Origin: an uncultured Planctomycetaceae bacterium
GTDB taxonomy: Bacteria; Planctomycetota; Planctomycetia; Planctomycetales; Planctomycetaceae
Assembly (NCBI GenBank): GCA_963815195.1
Contig: CAWFGE010000018.1
Location: forward strand, 224,001 to 288,000
Length of the DNA: 64,000 nt
Reading direction: 5' to 3'
The position numbers and the translations under genes were made by a program. The notes beneath the pieces were generated by a model. It saw only the letters and a list, made by a program, of their open reading frames with translations, made no database searches and was not told where the DNA came from. Below are positions 42,973 to 54,388 of the stretch, piece by piece; positions within the stretch are counted from its first letter, which is position 1, and each line of letters starts with the position of its first letter.

Positions 42973-45900
42973 CTATTTGGGAACGTCATTCTTCACGGCA
43001 TTCCCTTCCCTGAGCCGTTGTTCCGCCTGCGGTTTGAGGTTGACGAACCGCGGCTGCCAGGTGCCGGCGGCGAGTTTTTCGTAAAGCTCCTGGGCGGCCT
43101 CATCCCGCTCGTTCTGGCGAAGGAACTCCGCGTGATCCCAGAGGATTTGGGCGTTGGTTTCTTCCGCGCTGAAAAGCTTGGGCAAAGGCCCGGTCCGCGA
43201 GATCGATCTTCTTTTGGCCGGCGAGTTCCTGAGCGAGTTCGAGCCACGGGGCCGACTCGTTCGGCTTGTCGGCGAGCGGCGTGGTGAGATAATCCCAAGC
43301 CAATTCGTTATCCCCAAGCTGAGCCAAAATTCTGGCCGCGGCCTGGCAGGGAGCGGACTCTTCGGGATCGAGCACTCGCCAGCGGTCGGCCACGCGAATG
43401 GCCCGTTGTTTAAGGTCGGCTTCGGGATCGGCCATGCCCGCAAGCGTGAGCATGCGTCCGAGCAAATTCCCGTAGTCGCCGCGGATCTTGGCGAGATTGA
43501 TAAGGTCGGGGAGATCCTCGTATTCCAGTTGCAAGGCCCGTTCCAGGCGGGCTACGGACAATGCTTCGTCATTTCGCTCCTGGGCAATCTCCGCCGCCTT
43601 CCGCCAGATCGCGGGCTGCTTGTTCCAGCCCTCGGCTTTCAGGAGCGGAGCGATCAAGCCCTCGGCCTTCGCGTATTGTTTTTGCTCCATCAAATGCCCC
43701 GCGGCCAACATCGCGGCGAACGGGTGCTTGTTGGGATCGAGATTCTCCAAAGCCGCCTGCATCAAGCTTTCGGAGGTCGCGTCTGTCTTGACCTGCGCAG
43801 CCAGGATCGTCAATTGCATCGCGGCAAAGCGTTGATCGTCTTTCAATAGCTTGGCTTCCAGGTCTTCCAGATACCGCGACCAGGCTTTGAGGCCGTCGTG
43901 ATTCACAAAGGCGGTTCGCAGCGATTCATCGATCGGCGGCAGCTGGCCCCGATCGAAAAGCTCTTTCGACAACGCATTCAATTCTTGGATGGCTTCCGCC
44001 GTCTCGCCGTTGTCCGACCGCCAATACGCGGCCTGGAAGCGGGCGGTCATCGATAACCCCGGTTTGCCGGCGAACGCATCGGCCGCTTGGATATAGTCCG
44101 AAAGCCCCCTGGGATCGGTGTCGGTCGCCTGCATCAGGAGGAGCAAGCTCCAGGCCAACTGGGGCGACTGAAGTTTTTGGAGCGACTCCAAACCCCGCTG
44201 GCGTTCAATGCGGATTTCGATCATCGAGCGGTTGTTGACGGCCCGCTTCGTTTGCCACTGGGCATACAAGTTGCGGGCCATTGCCAGCCGCTGGACAAAT
44301 CCGTCCTCCGGGCCGTGGACGATAAAGTCCTGGTTCGTATTGCCCGTATTGGCCCATTGGAAATGCTGAGCCAGGTATTCCGCGAGCGGCGACTTGGGAT
44401 GCCGCTGCCTCAACTGGGCCGAGAAATCCGCAAAGCCGGTGTATTGATAGGCACTCGCCAGAAGGACGTACAAACCCAGCCGATGGTCTTCCCTGCCAAA
44501 GAACCGCTGTTGGAGGAGATTGGTCAGCATGCCGGGGTTGTACGTGGCGAAATAGCTGCCCAACAGATTCAACGCGGCCTCGTCTTTCAAGGTCCCAAAC
44601 TGTTGGCTGTTGGCCAATTGTTGCTCGGCCGCGGTGAGAAAACTGACTTGGCTGCGGAGCGGCATGGACAGCACGACCAGATCTTTTTGTTCCGGCTTGA
44701 GGTTCGGAGCCTGCGCCGGCTTTCGTTGCCAGTGGGCCTGGGCGAGACGCTTGCCGTCTTTACCGAACATGTTGACGGTGCCGGTTTGATCGTAGGTGAC
44801 GCGGAAGAGCGGTTTGTCAGAATCGGCGATCATCCACCGCCGTTCCGCAAGCCCGCCGTCGTCGCCGAAGATCAGCAGCATGTAACGCCTCGGGGATGAG
44901 GATTTCTCATCGCCGGCTTCATCTTGAAGCGGAACCACTGCGAGCGTATGCTCGTCGACGAATTTCACGTTCGATCCCACCGCCAAATCCTCGGCGGGGG
45001 GGACGAACCAGGGAATGAGTCGCTGAAGCTGCGCGATGGAACCGGCTTACACTCCGCTTGCCGCCGAGTCCCAGTTCTTTATAGAGATGCCAAAGACTCT
45101 CGCCGTCGCAGACCACTTCTTCCTTCAAGCCTTCCGAGACCGTGCGCTCATAAACATATCGGCCCTCTCCGTCAGCGCGGATCGTCAATGCCGGTTGGCC
45201 ATCGGCTTTGGGCAGCGTGACGGCTTGCCAGCCGGCTTTCCGGCGCGGTCGATCAAAGCTTTCGCCTGCGGATCGACCTCGCCGCGCTTCGGCAGCAGCT
45301 TGGCCGGCCCTTGGGATTCTAAGAGCGTCAGAATATCCGACTGCAAAGTATTTAGCCCCGGCGCCTGAGCCAGCAAATCTCCAAACCGCCCCATCGACCA
45401 GTCAAAATTGACATTCAGCGGCCTCGCCCCGCCTTTCCGATCCCGCCCGAAGAAAGGCGTGTGTCGCTGTATTGGTGTCGCGAATCCTAAATTCCAAGAT
45501 TGGGTTCCTGCTTTTCCCCATGTCAGCGTCTGGTAAGCAGAATTGAGATGGAATCGTTCACGATAACTATCGATTTCCGACTGATAAGCATCCTTGAGAA
45601 GCATCAATTGAGGATTGAGAAGGGCATCTCCAAAATTATTCACTTGATAGGCTGAGATAAAATCGAGTTGTGGCATTCCCAATCGGCCCAGGTTTGTGGG
45701 TTCGGCCATTGGGCCATTGAAAGTTCCATTTTGGATTCGCCTGTAGGCGTCGAAATCCCATTCGACCAAGTCACCACCGAAAACTTTGGGATTGAATCCT
45801 TTAATGTAGCCCCGAAGGCTGTCATTCCTTCCGTAGAACCGGCCATTGAAGGAATAAGAGTCAAACGGCACAGAGACTGTGTTTCCAAGAGCCGGGCGGA

Positions 45901-48900
45901 TGAAGGAGACTCCCGCTTGTCCCGAATCTTGCCCGTGTTCGAGGACGAACCTGCCAGGGGTTTCGACGAAATTCTTCACGTCAAACCAGACATTGGGACC
46001 GGAAAAATTCCCGTAGGATCCCATTGCGAATCGCCCCCTTTGGCTGCCACCCATGCTTTTGACATCACGCCGGGAGGCGGGACCGGAGAAATCCTCGCTC
46101 GGATACTGCACGCCGACAAAATACTGGTTGTAGCTCACCGGATCGATCCAGAACGCCGGGTATGCCATCGGCATCGCAATGGCACCCGTGTAAGCCTGCC
46201 AGGCATCGATGCCTTGCAGCACCGAGTGCGCGCCGTTCGCCCAGCGGTAGGTGATCGGCGGCGTTCGCACGAGGATGGTTTTGAGCAAATCCTCGGCCGA
46301 CTTCGCCCGCGTGTTTGAGGAGATGAGCAGGGGAATCTTGCGGGAGCCGGGTTCGTAGACCACCGGAATCTTGGGCGGGCAGGGATACAAGGCCCAGTGG
46401 TCCTTGCGGCCGCGATCGACGTGGAACTGCTCGTACATCTGCTCGTTTTCCAAAACCAACAGCGACGTGAACGGCGACATCACGTACATGGCTTTGCTGA
46501 GCGCGATGATCTCCTGCTTGTGATGCTCGGCTCCCTCGGCCACCAGGCGGTCGATCTCTAACCGGGCCCAGGTCCGCGGCAGATAGCCCGCGCCCTCGGC
46601 TATGTTTTCCACCGGAATCGTCTTCTCGAAATCCTCTCCCCCGAGCCGGCCTGTGATCGTTAATTTCTTGGGCAGGTCTTCTTTGGAACCGAGGCGGGTC
46701 AAGGCGCACAATTCCTCGCCTTGGGCCAAGGTCTCCGCGAATTTGAGGAAGCGGTGTTTGTCCCCTTCGTCTTTGACTTTCACTTGCTCGAGCCGGGGCG
46801 TGTTTAATAGCGACAAGAGTTCAAACGCCCGCCAGCCGACTGGCTCGTCGGGGTTGATCTGCGTGATGCAGCCGCCCGTGCGGTTGGCGGCGGCTTTCAT
46901 GAACGTATTCGACCACCGCTTGCCCACGCCGACGCCGACGTATTTTGTTTTGGCGGGAATCTGCTGGAGCAGCGGTTCGGTTTCCTTCTCGCCCAACACC
47001 GGAATGCCCGCCCCCAAATGCACGAGGCAGGTTTCCGTATCGGCGGTTGTTGTCTTTGATTTCAAGAACGGCCCGCACGCGGCAAGGGCTTTTTCCAAAT
47101 CGAGCGCCCCGACCAGATGGACTTCGTTCAAATGTTTGACGGCCGCTTCGATGTTCTCCGCGGTGCAAGGAACCGGTTCCGTTTTCCAAGTCTGGGAGCG
47201 CGTGGCGGCGGTGACGATCGAAAACCGGTCGCTGTGCTCGGCATTCTTTAAGAGCGTTTCCAGCACATCGATCTGCACGCGGGCCAACAGCGAATCCCGA
47301 TTGCCCGCCGACTCGAACAGGAACACCCAGTTCCGCGGCCGGCGTTTTAGCTCGCCTTGGAGATCCGGCCGATAGCGGAGCATCAAATACTGCTGCCCAT
47401 CTTGTTCCATTCGCGAGAAACGGACCCTATGGCGGGTGTCCTCGGCGAACGGATCCTCCAGTTCGAGCAATAGGTCCCGGTCGTCAATCACGCCGGTGGC
47501 GGAAGCTTCCAGGATCAAATCCTCGCCCTCGGCCTGGCTTTTCAGTTGATGCGACGAACTCTTCCAGGTCTGGCCGACGTGATTTTTCACCCGGATTTGT
47601 GTGGACCAATCGCGGATCAGTTCCAGGCTATGCCCGGCGGGAAAGCGGTAGTGCACTTTGCCGTACGCCACGGGCAGCCGTTGGGTGTAGCTGAGGACGA
47701 TGCGTTTTTCCTGGCGGGCTTCCAAAGGGAACACCCGCATCTTGAAGGTGCTGCCGTCCACCCATTCGAGCAATGCGGGGTCGCGGCGGGTGTAGCGGAT
47801 TTGCTCGAAGACGTTGCGGGCATGATCGCGTTCGGCCATGCCGCCTTCCATCAGGTTCTCGCCGACGTACATCGCCAGCCGGGACAGCGAAGCATCCGCC
47901 GGCAGCGGGAAATAAAACGTGCCCTCCATCTGGCTCCAACTGGCGTTGAAATACGTCTGATCGATCGTCGTGCGGGCGAAGCCGTCTTCGATGTGCACAT
48001 CGATGTGCTGCTTGCGGAGCGAAAGCTGCATTTCCTGACCGGCGGGATCGACCGCGACCAGCGCCCCGCCCGCGTGTTCGCTTTTGGGAATCAGCGGCGA
48101 CTCGGCCGCGGCCATGAGTTCCTTCGTCCATAACAAGGCTTCCGAAGCCCGCGGCGCGGGAAGCCGCTCGGCTTTCTTGAGCAGCTGACCGGCGGTGAGC
48201 GGTTCCTCGACGCCGGTGACTTTGACTTTCCCCTGCGTGACCAACACATCGGTGTCGGCGCGGTGGGCTTTGACGGCGAACTTCGTCCCCAAAGCCGTGA
48301 TCTTCCGCTGCGGAGTTTCCACCACGAAGGCGGTTTTCGATTCGGTCAACTCCCAGGGCACGACTTCCACGAAGACTTCCCCGGACGAAACCTTCAATCG
48401 GCGGGCCGATGTCGACCTGCACGGTCGTGTTCTCATTCAGATAAACCACCGAACCGTCCGGCAGCGAGATTCGCTTTCGCTCGAAGGGTTTGGTTTCGAT
48501 CACCGAACCCACGTGGACTTCCTCGGCTGGGGCGGGGCGGGTTTTTTCGCGGCGGTGAGTTGCTTAAACGGATGAAACTCCACCGCGGCGACCGGGGCCG
48601 GTTTGGGAGAATCCTTCACGTCGGCATCGCGGTCTGAGTTCAAGAACAACACCGCGACGGCGAGCAGCAGAAGTCCCGCCAGCACGACCGCCGAACCGGA
48701 TCCCGCCCGGTGGGAACGCCGAGGATTGGGCTTGGGCGATCCTAGTTGCCGGGGGAACTCGCGGCGGCGGATTGTTGAGGCGAACGCATCGTGGGCCGGG
48801 GTATGAGTCGCCATCGTGGAAGCCTCCCATTGGCGGATGAGGTGTTGGGCTTTTTGCAGAATGTGATCGTGCTTGGAATCCGCAAGCGGTTCGCTCGCGG

Positions 48901-49015
48901 CGGAATCCAACAGGCGTTCCAATTCGGAATCGCTGAGTTGGTCCCAATCGGGCGAACTCAAAGCCTCGGCCATCAGCCGGGCCATTTTGGAAAAATCAGG
49001 CGAAGAGTCGCTCAT
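42973..49015 (-). CDS. Giant (~2000 aa) TM-FecR-VIT-vWA-TPR protein, putative anti-sigma factor, broken by about 5 frameshifts
   Basis: Contiguous pieces: N-terminal domain plus TM (VVLAGLLLLAVAVLFL), FecR (ISLPDGSVVYLNENT...ALGTKFAV), VIT (ARTTIDQTYFN...EGTFYFPLP...DPALLEW...RVFPLE), vWA-like domain, WARLEID...SPFTSLLVLE, and TPR C-terminus. Shifts near 48530, 48412, 45241, 45030 and 43173. Confidence 0.75.
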
Positions 49016-49057
49016 GTCAAATCTCGGACGCAACAGGTTTGGTCATTGGGGCTTTTT

Positions 49058-49681
49058 TCAGTCGGGAACATCGTGCCCGCGCTGGCGGAGTTCCTTGCGG
49101 ACTTTTTCGATCGCCCGTTTGCGGTACACGGGGACTGCGGTCGCGGGGATGTCCAGTTCCGCGGCCAGGAATTCGCTCGAGGCCACGCGGTCGCGGGAGA
49201 GGGCGTCGGCAAGCAGGATCCGCCGCTGCGTCTCCGGCAGGTCCGCGAGAATCTCCCGCAGGTCGCTGTGAGACGGGTGATCCAGCAGGCTCGTTGCAGG
49301 GGGTTCGCTGGAGTGATCCGCGCGGCCGTTTTTTCGCGGGTCGGCGTGTTCCGCGAGGCGGGGCGGATCGGTCGAGACTTCCCGCCGGCGGGCTTTGTAC
49401 CAGCCGAACTTGAGCACGTCCCGGGCCGCGTTCTCGGCGATCCGCAAAAACCAAACTCGCAAGGACGACTTCCGCGCATCGTAATTCTCTCGGGCTTGCC
49501 ACAGCCGAAACAGGGCGATCGACAGGACATCGTCGATGTCCGAGGCATTCAACACCCCGTGAAAGCGAGCGCGGAGCACCGCCCCGACCGAAGGCCCGTA
49601 CAGGCGGAGAATCTCCGCGAGCGACTGATCCTCCGCGGCCCGCAGACGCTCTCCCAAATCGGGTTGTTGGGTCAACGACAT
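49058..49681 (-). CDS. ECF-type RNA polymerase sigma factor
   Basis: Region 2 (DIDDVLSIALFRLW...SLRVWFLRIAENAARD) and region 4 (LADLPETQRRILL...LAAELDIPATAV...RAIEKVR). Confidence 0.88.
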   Translation of the reverse strand: MSLTQQPDLGERLRAAEDQSLAEILRLYGPSVGAVLRARFHGVLNASDIDDVLSIALFRLWQARENYDARKSSLRVWFLRIAENAARDVLKFGWYKARRREVSTDPPRLAEHADPRKNGRADHSSEPPATSLLDHPSHSDLREILADLPETQRRILLADALSRDRVASSEFLAAELDIPATAVPVYRKRAIEKVRKELRQRGHDVPD

Positions 49682-49876
49682 CCCGCGTGGTTCTTTCTGA
49701 AAAGCCCCCGCCGCGGGAATGCTGCAAAGCGTGGCGGGGTTCAATAGCAATTACGAACCACGATTACAGAATCTCCGCCGCCGGTCAATTTTGCGCCCGA
49801 TCTCGGCCGCTGTTTGCGGCACGGCGTTACCTACGAACGCCCGGCGGCTGATGAAGCTAAGGACGCCATTTTCGTC

Positions 49877-50233
49877 CTACGTGAATTCCCGGCTGGCTTC
49901 GAGCAGCCGGCCCCATTCCTCCACGCAGGCATCCGTGGAAATCACCGCCTGTTGAAAGTTCGTGTGCGCGGAGGCTTGCGGAGCGTCGATGCGGAACTGG
50001 TCGGCGGCGCGGCGAAGCTTGCCGAGCTTTTTTTCCAGCATGCGAAAGTAAGCCGGCGGATCGCTCGCGCGGGATTCCAAAGCCATCGCCGAGTCAAACA
50101 CCGCGCGGGCGATGCCCATCAATTCGGGAAAATCCTCGACTTCGTCCGAATGTTTGATAAATGTCCGCACCATCCACGCGTGCGCGAACACCTTTTGGCT
50201 TCGGTCGACGAGTTCCTCGAGAGATGCGGACAT
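49877..50233 (-). CDS. Conserved hypothetical helical protein
   Basis: Clean 118-aa ORF with genome-typical codon use (AHAWMVRTFIKHSDE...HTNFQQA), co-oriented with apt. Confidence 0.75.
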   Translation of the reverse strand: MSASLEELVDRSQKVFAHAWMVRTFIKHSDEVEDFPELMGIARAVFDSAMALESRASDPPAYFRMLEKKLGKLRRAADQFRIDAPQASAHTNFQQAVISTDACVEEWGRLLEASREFT

Positions 50234-50301
50234 ATTTGGAATCTCTTGGCGAAAGTGCGGGCAGCGAGCGCGGCGTCGCTGTGCGGCCTTTGCTCCTGAT
50301 T

Positions 50302-50835
50302 TTACTCGGTATCGTAATGGACCAGGGAATAAACATCGTAGGGCCGAAGACGCTCCCGGCCGTTGAGGAAATCCAACTCGATCACAAAGGCGCAGCCGAC
50401 GACATTGGCTCCGGCGCGCTCGGCGATGCGGATGCAGGCTTCCATCGTCCCGCCGGTCGCGAGCAGGTCGTCCACCAACAGCACGTTGTCCCCCGCCTGT
50501 AGGGCGTCTGTGTGCATTTCCAGCGTGTCGGTTCCGTATTCCAATTCATAATGGAACGCGTGCGTCTCGAACGGCAGTTTGCCGGGCTTGCGGACCGGGA
50601 TAAAACCGGCGCCCAGTTTCAATGCCAACGGGGCCGCGAAAATGAACCCCCGCGCCTCGGCGGCGATCACGTCGGTCACGTTGCGGTCCGCGAAGTGCTC
50701 GGCCAACAAATCGATCACGTGCCCAAACGCCGCGGGATTCGCGAGCAGGGTGGTGATGTCGCGAAACATGATCCCCGGTTTCGGGAAATCCGGGATGCTG
50801 CGAATGTGCTCTTTGATGTCGATTTTTGGAGACAT
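50302..50835 (-). CDS. apt: Adenine phosphoribosyltransferase
   Basis: [31 protein letters not shown] and [10 protein letters not shown]. Confidence 0.96.
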   Translation of the reverse strand: MSPKIDIKEHIRSIPDFPKPGIMFRDITTLLANPAAFGHVIDLLAEHFADRNVTDVIAAEARGFIFAAPLALKLGAGFIPVRKPGKLPFETHAFHYELEYGTDTLEMHTDALQAGDNVLLVDDLLATGGTMEACIRIAERAGANVVGCAFVIELDFLNGRERLRPYDVYSLVHYDTE

Positions 50836-50873
50836 AAACGGCTCATTGTCTTTCGGAAAGAGAATGGCATTCG

Positions 50874-52505
50874 TTAAAGCGGGGTTCGGTCCGAGGCGGG
50901 CTTGGGCGCATCGACTTTGGCGGCGGGAACGCCCCCGGAACTCGCCCCCTCCTTGCCGCCCAGGAATTCCCGCGCTTTGGAGACTTCTTCCTTGCAGTTG
51001 GGATGATCGGCGTAAAGGTCCACAATCGTCCGCCAAATCTGCCTCGCTTCGGTCACGCATTTTTTTTGCCTCAACTCCTCGGCGGAATACAAGAGTTGCC
51101 GGGCGATGGCTTTTGGCTGATCGATCTTGTTCCGCGCGTCCTTCACGTCGTGAAGATCGTCGAGGGCGTTGTTCACGGCTTCCTTCAGATCCGCATATTT
51201 CTCCTTTTCCCCGAAACTCGCGATGAGCCGGTTCAGGCTAAATAAAACCCGTTCGGCCTTGGCGATGTCGCCGGTGTCCAAAGCGTGGATCGCCTGCCGC
51301 AAGAGCGGATCGGTCGGATCGAGTGCCGAGGTTTTGAGCTGCATTTCGAGATTTTTTTGAGCTTGCGTCAACAGGCGGACTTCCTCGATTCGTTTTTCGT
51401 TGGCGGGTTCGTCCGGGCCGGGATGGCCCGCCATCTGGAACCAGGCCACGCCGCCGAGAATCAAGATCGCGAACAACCCCACGAGGACCCAGGTGTTGTC
51501 GAAGAACCGGGAAACCGGCGAACCGGCCTGGGTTTGCTCGACTTCCGCCCGGACCAGATCCCGCATCAGCGTGCCGCCGACCTGTCCCTGCGGCTGGATC
51601 GATTCGTCCTTGAGCACGATGGTCGCCGAGCTTCCTTCTCTGGGCGTTTGGCCGTGCGCGATTCGGGTTTCCTCTTGATTGGCGACATCGGCCCGGCGGA
51701 CGATTTCCTCGAGCTTCCGCGCGAGGACCAAGGCATCGGGGAATCGCTTGTCCGGATCCTTGTGCAAAAGCTGGCAGACGGTTTGTTCCAGCCGGCGGGG
51801 AATGCCTTCGACAAATCGGCTGGGCCGGTCGAACTGGCCGTATTTGTGTTTTTGAATGACTTCGAGCGTCGTCTTTCCCACGAAGGGCGGACGGCCGGTG
51901 AGCATTGTAAACATCACCGCCCCCAACGAATACAGATCGCTTTTCTTCGTGGCCCGCCGCCCTTGCGCTTGCTCGGGCGACATGTACTCGGCGGTGCCGA
52001 TGATCCCGCCCGTCACCGTCAATCGGCCCGCGGCGAACACCTGGGCCACGCCGAAGTCGGTGAGCTTGATGTTGTTGTCCTTGTCCAAGAGCAGATTGGA
52101 AGGTTTGAGATCGCGATGCACGATCCCGGCATCGTGGGCGGCTTTGAGGGCCGAGCAAATCTGCAACGAATGCCTGACCACATCCCGCCAGGGCAGGCGT
52201 TTGTCCCGGCGGAGGCGGTCGGTCAGCGTTTCGCCTTCGACGTATTCCATGGCATAGTAGTAGGTGCTGCCGTCCACGCCGCTGTCCAAGAGGGCCACGA
52301 CGTGAGGATTCACAAGCTTTCGCAGCGATTCGATTTCCCGTTCGAAGCGGACGACGAAGCCTTCTTCGCGCGCGAGTTCCGGCGGCAGCACCTTCAGGGC
52401 CACATCCTGGCCGGTCTCGGCGTGCTGGGCGAGATAGACCGTCCCCATTCCGCCGCTGCCGATTTTTTGATCGATGATGTAAGGCCCGATGCGTTCCAAA
52501 TCCAT
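50874..52505 (-). CDS. Membrane-anchored Hanks-type Ser/Thr protein kinase
   Basis: [35 protein letters not shown] and DLYSLG, then one TM segment and a helical C-terminal domain. Confidence 0.93.
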   Translation of the reverse strand: MDLERIGPYIIDQKIGSGGMGTVYLAQHAETGQDVALKVLPPELAREEGFVVRFEREIESLRKLVNPHVVALLDSGVDGSTYYYAMEYVEGETLTDRLRRDKRLPWRDVVRHSLQICSALKAAHDAGIVHRDLKPSNLLLDKDNNIKLTDFGVAQVFAAGRLTVTGGIIGTAEYMSPEQAQGRRATKKSDLYSLGAVMFTMLTGRPPFVGKTTLEVIQKHKYGQFDRPSRFVEGIPRRLEQTVCQLLHKDPDKRFPDALVLARKLEEIVRRADVANQEETRIAHGQTPREGSSATIVLKDESIQPQGQVGGTLMRDLVRAEVEQTQAGSPVSRFFDNTWVLVGLFAILILGGVAWFQMAGHPGPDEPANEKRIEEVRLLTQAQKNLEMQLKTSALDPTDPLLRQAIHALDTGDIAKAERVLFSLNRLIASFGEKEKYADLKEAVNNALDDLHDVKDARNKIDQPKAIARQLLYSAEELRQKKCVTEARQIWRTIVDLYADHPNCKEEVSKAREFLGGKEGASSGGVPAAKVDAPKPASDRTPL

Positions 52506-52734
52506 CGGCGTGCTCGCGACGTGTAAAGAAAACGGACATGCAAAACCTGGCCAATCCTCGGGAATGGTTGGCGTTTCGAGTGTATGCCGGAACAATTCGC
52601 GGGGTCAATCGTGTCTTCGCCATTCCGCCCTTCCACGCCGTGTCTCACAGAGGGCATTTTTAAATGCGGGCAAGTCCAGAACTTGGGAAAAGTACCGGCG
52701 GCTGATACATGCGAGAATGACTCCGCCAGCGGCC

Positions 52735-53628
52735 CTAGTCCGCGTCGCCGGTCTCTGAATCCCGCGAGACGTCCTCATGTTGGGAGAAGTCCGGCGGCTT
52801 GGCGTAGAACTGGCTGAGATCCATTTTGTCCTGCGTCTCCATTTCCAGGATCTTGATTCGCTGCTCGAGCCGCTTGAGCCGTTCTTCGAGGGCCGGGTGA
52901 ATCGCCGGGTTGTCGTCGCGCCGCTTTTGCCGGGGGACCGCGGGATAATCCAGTTGCCGCTGGAGGGCGGCGAACATGTAGAGCGGATCTTTGCCGCGGT
53001 TGGCTTTGGCGATCCGGCCTTCCTGGACGCCGAAGAACAGCGGATAAGGCAAGGTGAATCGCTCGTCCCGCTTTCGCCGGCGATGCTCCTGCTGAAAATG
53101 TTCCGACCGGCGGTAGATCAACTCGGAAAACTCGACCGCCCCGAGTTCCCGCCGGAGTTGGCGGATCCACGCCCGCCAATCCTCATCGTACATCGGATCG
53201 GACGCGATCGCTTCCAGCCCGCGGTCGTAGCCCAGGCGATTCCGGGCCAGACATTCGAACTGATATACGAACAACCCCGCCTCGGTGGGGGACTGGGTGA
53301 GATATCCGGCTTCGTGCTCCAGGATTTTGAACGCGATCACCTGATCGAACCGGCCGCGCTCCGCCTCGGCACACTCCATCACGAAGGTTTGGAACTTCGT
53401 GAAGTAGTGCGGCAAATGGCCCATGCCCGCGCTGAGCTTGCCGGAGTGTTTGACCTCGTCCTTGAGCAAATCGATCGCCATCGGCAGGCGGGTCGTGGCC
53501 AAAACTTCCTCGCGAATCGCCGCCAGGATTTCCTGCGAGGGGGCATTCGCCTCCAAGCGTTCGCGGTACACGCGAAAGAAATACGCCTGCTCGACGTATT
53601 CTTCGCGATCCAATCGAGGGGTGGACAT
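52735..53628 (-). CDS. Conserved hypothetical protein
   Basis: Long ORF with genome-typical codon use (REEYVEQAYFF...LQRQLDYPAVP) and C-terminal coiled coil. Confidence 0.78.
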   Translation of the reverse strand: MSTPRLDREEYVEQAYFFRVYRERLEANAPSQEILAAIREEVLATTRLPMAIDLLKDEVKHSGKLSAGMGHLPHYFTKFQTFVMECAEAERGRFDQVIAFKILEHEAGYLTQSPTEAGLFVYQFECLARNRLGYDRGLEAIASDPMYDEDWRAWIRQLRRELGAVEFSELIYRRSEHFQQEHRRRKRDERFTLPYPLFFGVQEGRIAKANRGKDPLYMFAALQRQLDYPAVPRQKRRDDNPAIHPALEERLKRLEQRIKILEMETQDKMDLSQFYAKPPDFSQHEDVSRDSETGDAD

Positions 53629-53992
53629 GGCGGCGGGACTCTTCGCGAAACTCCGAAGAAAAGCGGGAGCAAAGGCCAAACAAGCGTCGCTTGGGCTCTT
53701 GTTCGATCATATCCGCTCGCAACCGCCGCCGCCACTAATTTCGAAGTCCTCGAGCGGCACCGGCCTGGAGTTTTTCCGGTTCTTCCTTTGGACCGGTTGG
53801 GACCCCTCCCGGCCGGCGGACGTTTGCCCAATCGTTAAAAGTCCGGCGGCCCGAGGCGGTTTGGGCGGCGGGCCGATTTCCGGGAATCGGTTCTTTTGCC
53901 GACAATGTTTTGCCGGTAACATGGAGCGTGCCCCGCCGATGTATCGGCGGCCGATCCATGCATTCCTTTCAAACCGCACGAGTGGTCTTGCC

Positions 53993-54370
53993 ATGCAGAA
54001 TTTCACCGCGGATCCGCATTTGGAAGCCTCCGAACTGTTCACGAAACGCACGTTTCGCGCACTGCGCCGGAAACTGCCGCGGGTCTCGTTCGGAACGCGC
54101 GCGGGGCTCGTGATTCTGTTAAGCCATTTGCTCGACCAAAGCGCCAGGCACGCCGGGGCCGAGCGCTGGTTCCGCTGCACTGAAGACGCCTTGGCGACGG
54201 ATCTTGGAATGTCGCCCCCCGTGCAGCAGCGGTTGATCGCATTGCTGACCGGGCTCGGCTACATTGAAACGAAGCACATCGGCGAGCGCTCGCCGATCCG
54301 CTATCTGCGGGCGAATCTGGACCTCATCGAACGCGACGTCCTCGCCGAGACCGCCCCGACGGAACCTTGA
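53993..54370 (+). CDS. Small winged-helix protein, resembling a phage replication-initiator N-terminal domain
   Basis: WFRCTEDALATDLGMSPPVQQRLIALLTGLGYIETKH pattern, judged by eye only. Confidence 0.55.
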   Translation: MQNFTADPHLEASELFTKRTFRALRRKLPRVSFGTRAGLVILLSHLLDQSARHAGAERWFRCTEDALATDLGMSPPVQQRLIALLTGLGYIETKHIGERSPIRYLRANLDLIERDVLAETAPTEP

Positions 54371-54388
54371 ACAACCAGAGGAGAACCT

